64,000 nucleotides of DNA. It comes from Candidatus Thorarchaeota archaeon. GTDB lineage: Archaea; Asgardarchaeota; Thorarchaeia; Thorarchaeales; Thorarchaeaceae. The notes beneath the pieces were generated by a model. The model had not been told where the DNA came from, did no database searches, and saw only the letters and a list, made by a program, of their open reading frames with translations. The position numbers and the translations under genes are program-made. Location of the stretch: positions 60,457 to 124,456 of the forward strand of contig JAIZWL010000003.1 of assembly GCA_021498125.1 (NCBI GenBank), written 5' to 3'. The number at the start of each line of letters is the position of its first letter. Positions within the stretch are counted from its first letter, which is position 1. Shown here piece by piece: positions 19,798 through 29,391 of this stretch.

Positions 19798-20583
19798 TTG
19801 GCTGGAATCTATTTTCAGAAACGGGAACTAGTGGTTCCAGGGCAGCTGCTTGCAGAGGGTCGCTACAGGCCCTCGATCGGCACCTATAGCCGAGGCGAGC
19901 GGATCTATTCGTCCCTAGTGGGACTTGCAGAGCTGCGCGGAAACACAGTCAAAGTGGTGCCTCTTGAGGGTGTATACATACCCCGCGAGGGCGACCTTGT
20001 CATCGGGACCATTCAAATGGTGTCCGGTAACAATTGGAAGGTCGATATTGGTGGACCATATCAGGCATCACTTCATGCGAACAATGCTTTGAGACGGCCG
20101 TACGATGACGACATCTCGCGCTATATGACTATTGGAGACGTTATAGCCGCAGAGGTCATTGCGTTTGATAGAAATACTGGGCCCTTCCTGACAATGAAGG
20201 GAAGAGGTCTCAAGAAGCTCATTGATGGAATGATTCTTGAGGTGAGCCCTGCAAAGGTCCCACGCATCATTGGCCGAAGAGGTTCTATGATTTCTATGAT
20301 CAAGAACCGTCTACGCATTCAGACAGTAGTTGGACAGAACGGGCGTATCTGGATACGCGCACCTGACACTCCGACATTGCGCCTTGCAATTAAGGCGTTC
20401 AAAATGATCGAAGACCAAGCCCATACTTCAAAATTGACTGATCGAGTCAGTGCAATGTTGGATGAAGAACTTGCAAAGATCGGGGGCGAGGAAGCGCCTG
20501 TGGAACAACCGGAAACAGAACAAATTGAGAGTGTTGAAGATAACACTGAAGAAAAGGAGGACGTGAGAAAAGATGAGTCCTGA
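19798..20583 (+). CDS. rrp4: Exosome complex RNA-binding subunit Rrp4 (S1 + KH domains)
   Basis: S1 domain (GDLVIGTI...NNWKVDIGG) and KH domain (PRIIGRRGSMISMIKN) with an acidic C-tail. Start is TTG 19798 or GTG 19828. Confidence 0.8.
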   Translation: MAGIYFQKRELVVPGQLLAEGRYRPSIGTYSRGERIYSSLVGLAELRGNTVKVVPLEGVYIPREGDLVIGTIQMVSGNNWKVDIGGPYQASLHANNALRRPYDDDISRYMTIGDVIAAEVIAFDRNTGPFLTMKGRGLKKLIDGMILEVSPAKVPRIIGRRGSMISMIKNRLRIQTVVGQNGRIWIRAPDTPTLRLAIKAFKMIEDQAHTSKLTDRVSAMLDEELAKIGGEEAPVEQPETEQIESVEDNTEEKEDVRKDES

Positions 20584-21391
20584 AACAAAGCCTGATTTTC
20601 TGATCAACCCTGAGGGGCTTCGGATAGACGGGCGAAGACTAGATGAATTACGCCCCATTGAGCTTGAAGTGGGTGTACTAAAGACCGCTGATGGGTCGGC
20701 GTCCATTAAACAGGGAAAGACCCACATCATTGCAGCAGTATATGGACCACGGGAATTACATCCGCGGCATCTATCACTGAATGACAAGGCCTATCTGCGA
20801 TGTGTCTACAGAATGGCAACCTTCTCTGTACCTGATAGAAAACGCCCTGCACCATCACGCCGAGAACGTGAGATCTCTATGGTGATCGCTAATGCATTAG
20901 AACCTGCACTGTTCCTTGAGGACTTTCCACGAGCAGTCGTTGATGTGTTCATTCAAGTGATACAGGCTGATGGAGGTACTCGCTGTGCAGCCATCAATGC
21001 AGCATCTCTAGCTCTTGCTGATGCTGGAATCCCCATGAGGACGTTGGTGCCTGCTGTGGCTGTCGGTAAGGCTGATGGCCATCTGATTGTGGATCTTGGT
21101 GACATGGAAGACAAGTACGGTCAGGGTGACGTGCCCATGGCAGTCCTTCCATCAACTGACGAGATCACCCTGCTTCAACAGGATGGTTCCTTTACCAAGG
21201 AGGAACTCGTGGAAGCCATGCAGATGGGGATCAATGCCTGCAAATATCTACACGAGCTTCAGAAGGAGGCACTCAAACGCGCCTATCAGAAGAGGACCCC
21301 TGAAGTTGCTCTTGATGACGAAGAAGACGATTACGAGGACGACCTCGAGACCGACCTTGGCGAGTCTGACTTACCGGAGGATGAGGCATAA
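20573..21391 (+). CDS. rrp41: Exosome catalytic RNase PH-like subunit Rrp41
   Basis: RNase PH domain (RIDGRRLDELRP..., ADGGTRCAAINAASLALADAGIP). Overlaps rrp4 and has an acidic C-terminal tail. Confidence 0.85.
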   Translation: MSPETKPDFLINPEGLRIDGRRLDELRPIELEVGVLKTADGSASIKQGKTHIIAAVYGPRELHPRHLSLNDKAYLRCVYRMATFSVPDRKRPAPSRREREISMVIANALEPALFLEDFPRAVVDVFIQVIQADGGTRCAAINAASLALADAGIPMRTLVPAVAVGKADGHLIVDLGDMEDKYGQGDVPMAVLPSTDEITLLQQDGSFTKEELVEAMQMGINACKYLHELQKEALKRAYQKRTPEVALDDEEDDYEDDLETDLGESDLPEDEA

Positions 21392-22218
21392 TGGGAGACT
21401 TTAGTGCAGAAACAATCAGTCATATTGATCGTAAGTACATTCAAGATCTTCTTGACAAAGGGGATCGTGCAGATGGGCGTGCCTTTGATGAGTATCGTGA
21501 CATCGAGATTGATGTTGGAGTGGTAGCGGCTAAGGCTGAAGGTTCTGCGATTGCTCGTATCGGTGATACACGAGTGATTGCGGGAGTGAAAGTGCTCACT
21601 GGTGAACCATACCCTGACACTCCTGATGAGGGTGTGACCATGGTCACCGCCGAGATGGCACCAATTGCTTCTCCGCTCTTTGAGCTTGGCCCTCCAAAGG
21701 AGGACGCTATCGAGCTCGCACGTGTTGTGGATCGTGGTGTTCGTGAGTCTGAGACCGTTGATGTCAAGGGTCTTTGTATCGAGCCCGGTAAGAAGGTCTA
21801 CATGGTCTTTTGCGATCTATACACACTGGAATACGATGGTAATCTCATCGATGCCTGTTCACTTGCTGCAAATGCGGCCCTGTTGAACACGCGCTTCCCT
21901 GAGATGAAGCTGGAAGACGATACCCTAGTAGCAACTGGTAACGAACTGACCCTTCCCATCAAGAACATTGCATTAGAGAGTACAGTTGCCAAGATCGGTG
22001 AGCATCTGGTCATTGACCCACTCCTCAAGGAGGAAATGGTTCAAGACTGCCGCTTGACCATGGCGATTGACATCAATGACCACTTTACTGCTATGCAGAA
22101 GGGTGGTGGCTCTGGTCCTATCTCATTGGCCCAGATCGAGCATGCAATGGACATGGCCCTTGATAGATCTAAGGACCTCCGAAAGATTCTGTTCGAGGCC
22201 ACGGGTCGTACGATCTAA
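21391..22218 (+). CDS. rrp42: Exosome RNase PH-like subunit Rrp42
   Basis: RNase PH fold, conserved order rrp4-rrp41-rrp42; ATGA overlap with rrp41. Confidence 0.85.
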   Translation: MGDFSAETISHIDRKYIQDLLDKGDRADGRAFDEYRDIEIDVGVVAAKAEGSAIARIGDTRVIAGVKVLTGEPYPDTPDEGVTMVTAEMAPIASPLFELGPPKEDAIELARVVDRGVRESETVDVKGLCIEPGKKVYMVFCDLYTLEYDGNLIDACSLAANAALLNTRFPEMKLEDDTLVATGNELTLPIKNIALESTVAKIGEHLVIDPLLKEEMVQDCRLTMAIDINDHFTAMQKGGGSGPISLAQIEHAMDMALDRSKDLRKILFEATGRTI

Positions 22219-22235
22219 GCAATTCTATACTACTG

Positions 22236-22275
22236 GTGCCTTGGTATTGCCAAGGCATCCCCGAACTTTTTTTGT
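22236..22275 (+). terminator. Hairpin (TGCCTTGG-TATTG-CCAAGGCA) followed by CTTTTTTTG downstream of rrp42
   Basis: Seen in sequence immediately 3' of the rrp42 stop. Confidence 0.5.
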
Positions 22276-22379
22276 GACCAACAGATACGCTAATAAGTGA
22301 AACAGAGGGGCGACTGTTAGACTCCGGCAGACCCTTGATAACTCGCACGGGGTCAAATATAGTAAAGGAGACCGTTAAT

Positions 22380-22778
22380 TTGGCAGGAACCAAAAAAGTT
22401 GGCAGCACTGGACGATTCGGACCTAGATATGGTGCTAAACTGCGCCGTCGAGTTTTAGATATCGAGAAAAAGCGGGCCGAACCACATAGATGTCCATCCT
22501 GTGCAACAAAGGGCTCGTTGAAGCGAAAGGCTGCTGGTCTCTGGGTCTGCAAGAAGTGTGGTACAGTCTTTGCCGGAGGTGCATATGTGCCTTATACTGA
22601 TGCTGGAAAGGCGGCCAAACGCGCTATTGCACAGCGTGTATCAGATAGTCTTCTCTCCCTTCGTGATGAAACGGAGGAGGCTGTGACGGTCACTCCCTCC
22701 AGTGAGGCGGCAGTGGATTCCGTGGCCTCTTCAGAACCCCTCCCAGAGAGTGAGACCTTCACCTCTGAGGAAGAATAG
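22380..22778 (+). CDS. rpl37ae: Ribosomal protein L37Ae (eL43) with approximately 45-aa acidic Ser/Glu-rich C-terminal extension
   Basis: TKKVGSTGRFGPRYGAKLRRR...CPSC...CKKCG zinc-ribbon core. TTG start 9 nt after AAGGAG; the ORF-track start at 22335 is probably non-coding. Confidence 0.8.
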   Translation: MAGTKKVGSTGRFGPRYGAKLRRRVLDIEKKRAEPHRCPSCATKGSLKRKAAGLWVCKKCGTVFAGGAYVPYTDAGKAAKRAIAQRVSDSLLSLRDETEEAVTVTPSSEAAVDSVASSEPLPESETFTSEEE

Positions 22779-23359
22779 TGACGAGCAGAATTGACTTGCT
22801 ACTCATCACCACTTCACGGCGCACCAATAACCGGGTACGCACATTCATTCGTGATCTCAGCACAGTCTTACCCGGGAGTGAGCGTTTTAATCGCGGTGGC
22901 ATGAGTCTAGAGGAATTGCGAGCCCGTATTGCATCCTCTGGGTGCAAGGCTGCATTTGTCATCACGCACTATAAGGGTAATCCTGGTGATATTCTCGTTT
23001 ACGACCCTCAAGGTGCTGAGAGATTACGAATTCGACTCGAGAGTGCAGTCTTACGTCGAGAGGTTTTACCAGGCGTCAAAATCAGAGTGCATGATGTTCG
23101 AAGTGTGACCATTGCTCCGGGCTCTTCGGAGCGTACAAGTTTGCTTGGACGGGAGATTGCCTCTTTATTGGACAAGGAATTAATAGAGGTCGAGTCAGTT
23201 GTACCACTTGGCGCAGATGGTGCACATAGAGTTGATATCCGCTTTTCCGATTTCAGCCCGGATAAGACACTATGGACGCATTTTCATGCAGCTGATGGGA
23301 TCGAGATTGGTCCACGAATGAGAATTAAATCGGTCAGGTGGTGGTCTAAGAATGAATAG
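22778..23359 (+). CDS. Brix-domain ribosome biogenesis protein (Imp4/Brix family)
   Basis: RIDLLLITTSRRTNNRVRTFIRDL N-terminal Brix motif, conserved superoperon position; GTG start overlapping the L37Ae stop. Confidence 0.7.
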   Translation: MTSRIDLLLITTSRRTNNRVRTFIRDLSTVLPGSERFNRGGMSLEELRARIASSGCKAAFVITHYKGNPGDILVYDPQGAERLRIRLESAVLRREVLPGVKIRVHDVRSVTIAPGSSERTSLLGREIASLLDKELIEVESVVPLGADGAHRVDIRFSDFSPDKTLWTHFHAADGIEIGPRMRIKSVRWWSKNE

Positions 23360-23624
23360 CGGAATACTCAATGGTGGGGCCTCCTTTGAGATCGATGTTG
23401 AATCCGCCGAGATGGCGCAGATGCTCTATACAGCACTGCTTCCCGAGACCAAGTCTGCTCCCTCCGACCGAGCAAAGACCCAGTTAGTCGTACGTGGATC
23501 CGTTCTTGCCTTGGAGATAACCGCCGGTGATCTTACAGCTCTCCGTGCAGCATCTAATTCTTTTCTCTCATGGGTTTCAAGCTGTCTTCGCGCAATGGAA
23601 TCGGTCAGAGGCCAAAAGTCTTAA
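23352..23624 (+). CDS. pcc1: KEOPS complex subunit Pcc1-like
   Basis: About 90 aa; C-terminal ...ITAGDLTALRAASNSFLSWVSSCLRAME resembles the archaeal Pcc1 C-terminal helix (ATDSSALRGTVNSYLRWIKAA) recalled from Pyrococcus. Lies between Brix and prefoldin beta, as in other archaea. Confidence 0.55.
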   Translation: MNSGILNGGASFEIDVESAEMAQMLYTALLPETKSAPSDRAKTQLVVRGSVLALEITAGDLTALRAASNSFLSWVSSCLRAMESVRGQKS

Positions 23625-23680
23625 GTCAAGCCCCAAGAGGCGCAGTCAGGCTGTCCGCACTTCTTGGAGTATGATCAATC

Positions 23681-24037
23681 ATGGCTCAACAATTACCCCC
23701 CGAATTGCAACAGGAATTAATGAAATTTGATAATATTCGCCGTCAACATGACGCCCTTCAAGGCGTACTTCAACAGATGAAGTCCGAACTGACTGAGTTA
23801 AAAGGTACCCTCGAGGAACTGAGCAAGCTCCCCGATGATACGGTGACGTATCGGATTGTTGGCCAGGTCATGTTCAAGGTTGAAAAGCCAAAGCTGGTTG
23901 ATGATCTTGAAGATAAGAGGCGAACAACAGAGCTCTCTCTAGAGTCTTATACCAAGCGGGCTGAGAGTATGGCCGAATCAATACGTGAAATGTCCGCCAA
24001 GCTACAAACCGAGTTTGCGAAGTATGGTATTCAGTGA
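23681..24037 (+). CDS. pfdB: Prefoldin beta subunit
   Basis: 118-aa coiled-coil, two helical arms flanking a beta-hairpin; superoperon position. Confidence 0.75.
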   Translation: MAQQLPPELQQELMKFDNIRRQHDALQGVLQQMKSELTELKGTLEELSKLPDDTVTYRIVGQVMFKVEKPKLVDDLEDKRRTTELSLESYTKRAESMAESIREMSAKLQTEFAKYGIQ

Positions 24038-24342
24038 GCACAATGTCAGGGGTCATAGATATTGGACTTCCCTCTCTGAGCGCGGAGGATATAGAGGCTC
24101 TCGCAGAAGAGTGTGAACTCGAAGTCACACGATACATCTTTCAATTCGTTCCAGAAAAGAGCATCTCGGAACTCAGTGTCGTCTGTACACTTGATTTTGG
24201 CACTACATTGACCTTTGATCTCGAACTTGATGTCTCTCAAAAGTATGATACTGGCAGTTCCCTTGATGAGATACTAGAACAGGCAGCTGCCCATGCACAG
24301 GAATGGCTGGAGTCCCGGCTCAAGGAGATGAAGTCCCAGTGA
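24034..24342 (+). CDS. Small acidic hypothetical protein (conserved position after prefoldin beta)
   Basis: 102-aa ORF overlapping neighbours by GTGA on both sides; no motif recognised. Confidence 0.35.
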   Translation: MSTMSGVIDIGLPSLSAEDIEALAEECELEVTRYIFQFVPEKSISELSVVCTLDFGTTLTFDLELDVSQKYDTGSSLDEILEQAAAHAQEWLESRLKEMKSQ

Positions 24343-25343
24343 CCCTCAGGCAACTTATCCAAGACGCACAGCATGTCCTGATCATGGGGCATCACAATGC
24401 AGATCCTGATGCGCTCTGTTCCATGATCGCCTTCGAGCGTCTCTATCACGCACTTAATCCCGAAGGTAACGCAGTCCTCGCATGTGAGGATGTCAGCAAG
24501 CTCTCAACACAAGTGGTTCGTACATTCATCCCTCTCCCTGATATCGTTGAAGTCCCATCCCAAGACTTTGACCTCTATGTCATACTTGACACTAACAATA
24601 CCTATCAGCTTGGCGAAGCCCTTGAGAACCTGATTCCAGAACCTGATAAGGTGCTGATCATTGACCATCACACGCCAAACCCCGACATATCCACGATGGC
24701 CTCGCATCTGGTAGTTCAGAGTGAGCGATCTTCGACCTGTGAGATCTTGGTTTCAGTATTTCAGGATCTTGAGGTGCCTATCACTGCGGAGATTGCAAAC
24801 CTGCTGCTCTCGGGCATTCTATTTGATACCCGGCGTTTCTTCTATGCTGATGATCACACATTTCATGCGTCTATTGCTCTTATTGATGCTGGTGCAGATT
24901 ACAACCTCTGTCTTCAGTCCCTTATTGTCCGTCCAGACCGTTCCGAGCGGATCGCTCGTCTTCGTGCGGCAAGCCGACTGAAGATACATCTCATCAATGA
25001 CTGGATCATTGTCACATCACGGATTGGTGCCTATGAGGCAAGTGCAAGTCGTGCCATTATTGATTTGGGGGCCGACGTTGCCATTGTTGGAGGTCGCCCC
25101 TCTAAGAATGCAGTGCGACTAAGTGCGCGTTCGACAAAAGAGTTCTATTCTGCAACTGGTGTCAGTCTTGGACGTGATGTCATGGCACCTCTGGGTCCGT
25201 TGATTGACGGTGAAGGTGGTGGTCATCCAAATGCTGGAGGCGCTAATGGTACAAAGAATCTTGAGGCTGCTCTAAAGGAGGCTGTTGAATTGGTCCGCTC
25301 TGCTATTAAACGTGGCCCACTTGAGGAGTCTGCTTCTTCATAG
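24339..25343 (+). CDS. DHH/DHHA1 family phosphoesterase (NrnA-like nanoRNase / pAp phosphatase)
   Basis: HHNADPDAL, DHH, and GGGH (DHHA1) motifs. GTG 24339 gives the typical N-terminus MTLRQLIQDAQHVLIMGHHNADPD; ATG 24303 is the alternative. Confidence 0.7.
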   Translation: MTLRQLIQDAQHVLIMGHHNADPDALCSMIAFERLYHALNPEGNAVLACEDVSKLSTQVVRTFIPLPDIVEVPSQDFDLYVILDTNNTYQLGEALENLIPEPDKVLIIDHHTPNPDISTMASHLVVQSERSSTCEILVSVFQDLEVPITAEIANLLLSGILFDTRRFFYADDHTFHASIALIDAGADYNLCLQSLIVRPDRSERIARLRAASRLKIHLINDWIIVTSRIGAYEASASRAIIDLGADVAIVGGRPSKNAVRLSARSTKEFYSATGVSLGRDVMAPLGPLIDGEGGGHPNAGGANGTKNLEAALKEAVELVRSAIKRGPLEESASS

Positions 25344-25355
25344 GAGGGAACTACC

Positions 25356-26195
25356 TTGGCCCTGATCGAATGGAAAAACTTCAGTTTCAAGTACATGGGT
25401 AGCGACGTACTTGCATTACGGAAGATCAATCTCTCCATCGATGAGGGTGAGTACGTTGTCATAACCGGGCCATCGGGATGTGGTAAGACGACCCTCTGCC
25501 GGACCATTAATGCTCTAGTACCACAGTTTCATTCAGGTTACATTGGTGGTAATGTTGTTGTTGACTTGATGAATACACGTGAACACAAAGTGGCAGACAT
25601 GGCCTCCACAGTGGGTCTCGTCTTTCAAAATCCCGCCAATCAACTTGTTACATTAAGCGTTGAGAAAGAAATCGCATTCGGTCCCGAGAACCTTGGTGTC
25701 CCCCCAGAAGTAATCAGGCGTCGTGTCAACGACCTGATACGTCTTCTTGATCTGGAGCATCTGCGTGATAAGCATCCACACGAGATGTCGGGTGGGGAGC
25801 AGCAGCGCGTTGCCCTTGCTGCAACATTAGCATTGCACCCAAAGATATTGGTTGCTGATGAGCCAACCTCAAATCTTGATCCTCGGAGTGCCGAAAAGAT
25901 TCTAGACCTCATTGCTAAACAAAATCAGCAAGGCATGACGGTCATTGTCGTTGAACATAGGCTCGATATTGTTGCTAAAGATGCCTCACGAATAGTCTTG
26001 ATGGACAAGGGTCAGATCGTGGCCGATGGTCCACCACGAGAAATACTTGCCATGGACCTGTGTGAGGAGATTGGCATTGGAGTGCCAAAGGCTGTTGAGT
26101 TGTATAAGCGATTGAGGGCCCGTGGTATCGAGTTGCCCCAAGTGCCGCTCACTGGAGAGGAGCTTGCATCAATCATCAGGGAGGTGTACACATGA
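25356..26195 (+). CDS. ecfA1: ECF transporter ATPase component EcfA1
   Basis: Walker A GPSGCGKTT, signature MSGGEQQR, Walker B LVADEPTSNLD; TTG start 7 nt after GGAGGG. Confidence 0.8.
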   Translation: MALIEWKNFSFKYMGSDVLALRKINLSIDEGEYVVITGPSGCGKTTLCRTINALVPQFHSGYIGGNVVVDLMNTREHKVADMASTVGLVFQNPANQLVTLSVEKEIAFGPENLGVPPEVIRRRVNDLIRLLDLEHLRDKHPHEMSGGEQQRVALAATLALHPKILVADEPTSNLDPRSAEKILDLIAKQNQQGMTVIVVEHRLDIVAKDASRIVLMDKGQIVADGPPREILAMDLCEEIGIGVPKAVELYKRLRARGIELPQVPLTGEELASIIREVYT

Positions 26196-27019
26196 CAATC
26201 ATCTTTGATGATGTGCACTTTGCCTATGACGGCATCTATACTGCTCTTCGTGGGGTTTCTCTCCAAATCGATTATGGTGAGTCTATTGCGATCATGGGGA
26301 CAAATGGTGCTGGCAAGACGACTCTCATCAAGCATCTAAATGGTCTTCTCCGGCCCTCTCATGGTCGAGTCCTTCTTGACGGTGCTGATATTCGTGACAA
26401 GTCTGTTGCCGAGCTCTCACGAATTGTTGGGCTTGTCTGGCAAAACCCCGATCATCAGCTCTTTCTCGAATCGGTAGAAAAGGAGATTCTCTTCGGTCTG
26501 AAAAATCTAGGATTCTCCACGGAGGAGGCTGAAGAGCGATGTGCCTCCACGCTCTCAAAACTTGGGCTGTCACATCTTGCGAAGCGTCGTCCCTTTTCTC
26601 TCTCTGGTGGGGAACGCAAACGGGTTGCTCTTGCATCCATTCTTGCAACAGAGCCACAGGTCTTGGCTCTTGACGAGCCTACAATTGGTCAAGATGCGCG
26701 TCAGAAGAAGCGTCTGGCTCAGATGCTTCATGAGATGAACCGCGAGGGGCGTACGGTCATTGTTGTGACCCATGATATTGAATTTGCAGTCGAAAACTTC
26801 TCTCGTGCCATTGCGATGGCAGGCGGGCGGATAGTTGCAGATGGTTCCACTCCTACAGTTCTGAGTAACGAGGAAGTAGTGGCACGCTGTTCGTTGGCCC
26901 CCCCACAGATGACAATTGCGGCACGTGAACTTCATCAAGACTTTCCAAGAATCCCTGAACGGTTGACCCAAGTGGAAGAATTGGAACGAGAAATCGTCCG
27001 AGTTGTGGGAGGTGAATGA
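26192..27019 (+). CDS. ecfA2: ECF transporter ATPase component EcfA2
   Basis: GTNGAGKTT, LSGGERKR, LALDEPTIGQD; overlaps ecfA1. Confidence 0.8.
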   Translation: MTIIFDDVHFAYDGIYTALRGVSLQIDYGESIAIMGTNGAGKTTLIKHLNGLLRPSHGRVLLDGADIRDKSVAELSRIVGLVWQNPDHQLFLESVEKEILFGLKNLGFSTEEAEERCASTLSKLGLSHLAKRRPFSLSGGERKRVALASILATEPQVLALDEPTIGQDARQKKRLAQMLHEMNREGRTVIVVTHDIEFAVENFSRAIAMAGGRIVADGSTPTVLSNEEVVARCSLAPPQMTIAARELHQDFPRIPERLTQVEELEREIVRVVGGE

Positions 27020-27022
27020 TCT

Positions 27023-27793
27023 TTGTCCTTCTTAGAGATATTCAAGTACACACGCCAAGACTCGATCATTCATCGTCTAGACCCCCGTACAAAACTGGCT
27101 CTCTCGTCAGTATTAGGCATCATCTCGCTCTTATTTCTCGACATCATCCCCCTTATCATTATTATACTCTTTCTTCTCCCTCTATTGGCGGCTGCGAAAT
27201 CGTTAGGTCGTTGGGCTAAGAACATCAAAGGGTTGGCATCTCTTGTCCTCTTTATTATGGTCTTCAATACGCTCTTTTCTACTGATCCACATCCTTTCTC
27301 ACGGTCATTAGCTCTAGCTCTTCGTCTATTGGCAATGATGACCTCATTCTCCTTCTTCTTCCTTACAGTCCATCCGGATGAACTCTCTCAGGCACTCATC
27401 AAACTTCATGTGAAATACGAGTTTGCTCTGGCTGTCAGTATGGCCATGCGCTATGTTCCCACTCTTGGACAGGACGCTTACTCGATAATGGACGCACAGA
27501 AGTCACGCGGAGTAGAACTCGACAAGGGGAATCTTTTGAAGAGGATTCGAAACATCATTCCTATCATTGTCCCTCTGATCGTGGTTGCAATACGGCGTGC
27601 TCTCTCAATCTCTGAGAGTATGGAGTCTCGCGGATTCGGTGCCAGTGGAGGTCGTACCTACATGGATATGATCCGGTTCAAGCGTCGTGATTGGGCCGTT
27701 CTGACCCTCTCAATTCTTGCCCTCTTCTTAATACTCTTCCTCAAGTTCTGGTGGGGTCTCCCAAGTTGGATGCTCTGGCAACTCCCCTTTTGA
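27023..27793 (+). CDS. ecfT: ECF transporter transmembrane component EcfT (CbiQ family)
   Basis: N-terminal ...SIIHRLDPRTK motif, multi-TM, follows two EcfA genes; TTG start. Confidence 0.75.
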   Translation: MSFLEIFKYTRQDSIIHRLDPRTKLALSSVLGIISLLFLDIIPLIIIILFLLPLLAAAKSLGRWAKNIKGLASLVLFIMVFNTLFSTDPHPFSRSLALALRLLAMMTSFSFFFLTVHPDELSQALIKLHVKYEFALAVSMAMRYVPTLGQDAYSIMDAQKSRGVELDKGNLLKRIRNIIPIIVPLIVVAIRRALSISESMESRGFGASGGRTYMDMIRFKRRDWAVLTLSILALFLILFLKFWWGLPSWMLWQLPF

Positions 27794-27895
27794 TCCCTGT
27801 CTATCGCGTTGCGGAGCTATTGCGCCCCTTTAATTTTCCAAGCCGAATACTTTTATTGACTAAAGTATCTATCTAATATTCGGGAGTTAACGGTT

Positions 27896-28609
27896 ATGCA
27901 CGCGCACGCCGATACCACGTATACCCAGCGAAATGATCCGTGGACGCTGGTCTATTTCCTCTTCTCTATACTTATAGTGGCCATCTCCGCGGTCGTCTTC
28001 GCTCTGTATGAGACCCTGACACTGGTCTTTGCTAATGGGGCAACATCCACCATCGACTCTGTGATGATCTCAACCATTGGTATCATCACGCCAATCGTGC
28101 CTCTCACGGGGCTTGTCGTAGGGATGCTATTATCATACAAGTACTATTCTCGCTATGGCCGGTGGAGCACCGAGTTTGATACGAAGGAAGAGGTGTATAT
28201 TCCACGAGAATGTTTCACCCAGTATGTCTTGTATCTCATTATTGGTGCCTTGCCATTTATAGTTCTTAGGACCGTTGATTTTCTACAATCCACCACTACA
28301 TCATTACTGCTCTGTGATCTCTTTCTCTCTCTATTTGGCGGATTTGCTCTTGTGGCCTCAGCTGGATTCTTGTGGGACTATTATGATCTCCATGCAATTG
28401 CTAGAGGCAAAGGCGGTATCTTATCGCTCTATCTGACAAGTGAAGGACCGACTCCATTGACGACGACGGTTCTCTCACCAATTGGAGGTCATAGGTTTCA
28501 ACTTCTTGATCCGCGAGTCAAGTATGTTCACATCCAAATTCTAGTACGCTCTGTCTATGTGCATGATGCATCTTTGCCGTACAGACCAGCTGATGGCCTC
28601 TCGCATTAG
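27896..28609 (+). CDS. Hypothetical membrane protein (about 5 TM); possible substrate-capture (S) component candidate for the adjacent ECF module
   Basis: 237 aa, hydrophobic helices. Adjacency to ecfAA'T is the only functional hint. Confidence 0.3.
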   Translation: MHAHADTTYTQRNDPWTLVYFLFSILIVAISAVVFALYETLTLVFANGATSTIDSVMISTIGIITPIVPLTGLVVGMLLSYKYYSRYGRWSTEFDTKEEVYIPRECFTQYVLYLIIGALPFIVLRTVDFLQSTTTSLLLCDLFLSLFGGFALVASAGFLWDYYDLHAIARGKGGILSLYLTSEGPTPLTTTVLSPIGGHRFQLLDPRVKYVHIQILVRSVYVHDASLPYRPADGLSH

Positions 28610-28628
28610 GTCATAGTCTTGTCATCTG

Positions 28629-28660
28629 TGAGGCCTTGTTCGGCCTCATCTGCTTTTTTT
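28629..28660 (+). terminator. Hairpin TGAGGCC-TTGTTC-GGCCTCA followed by TCTGCTTTTTTT
   Basis: Seen in sequence 20 nt after the stop of the 27896-28609 gene. Confidence 0.5.
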
Positions 28661-28741
28661 CTCCGTCTTTTATTTTATTGGCGTGGTCTCCAATTCAGCT
28701 AGCGATAATTTATCTGAAAGTGTTGCGTATTTATTCATATC

Positions 28742-29326
28742 ATGTCAATTGCAAAGCGTGTCAAGCTGCCTGACAGGACTGAATATACCATTGCCACGCT
28801 CATGCGTGATGTGATGGCCATTGAGGCAACTCCTAGTGTGGCCTCCCGAATTGCCACTGAGATCCTGTACTATGAGTGGACCTGTTGTCTGAACACACTG
28901 GAATCGGACCATTCTATAACGCAAGGGCTGGATCGCTTGATCAAATTCATGCAGGAAGAATATGAGCAGGAACTCGTCGAGGGCCGTCTCTGGCGTACCG
29001 CTGACACTCCTCGTGCGGCAATCAAGGCGATTCTCAAGACGCTTCCCCCAGAGGTTCTCGAGTACACGTTGTGTCGTGATCATCATTATGTTCATGATGT
29101 TCTTGAGTCCACAAGAGCCGAACGTGTCAAAGAGATCGAGCGTTACTCCAAAATCGAGGAACGCTTGCAAGAAGAGATAGAACAGTCACCGGATGACCCT
29201 GACCTCTATAACCAGTTGCGCCTCACTCTCTGGATGCTTGGTCGTTATCGTGAGGCCAGTGATGCCTTCAAGAAGGCAAAGTCTCTTGGGTGGACCCCTG
29301 AGAACTCGCTACTGGTAGCGATATGA
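28742..29326 (+). CDS. Hypothetical protein (helical, possible TPR-like C-terminus)
   Basis: 194-aa ORF, no recognisable catalytic motif. Confidence 0.35.
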   Translation: MSIAKRVKLPDRTEYTIATLMRDVMAIEATPSVASRIATEILYYEWTCCLNTLESDHSITQGLDRLIKFMQEEYEQELVEGRLWRTADTPRAAIKAILKTLPPEVLEYTLCRDHHYVHDVLESTRAERVKEIERYSKIEERLQEEIEQSPDDPDLYNQLRLTLWMLGRYREASDAFKKAKSLGWTPENSLLVAI

Positions 29327-29391
29327 CCGATCAAAACATCCTGTACTAGGATATGTTGTCCTAACTTAACAGTATAGAATCCTATCATGAG

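Noticed and set aside
22219-22379. Expected rpoP (RNA polymerase subunit P) between rrp42 and L37Ae
   Set aside because: No Cys-rich small ORF is present in the 160-nt gap, so the gene is evidently elsewhere.
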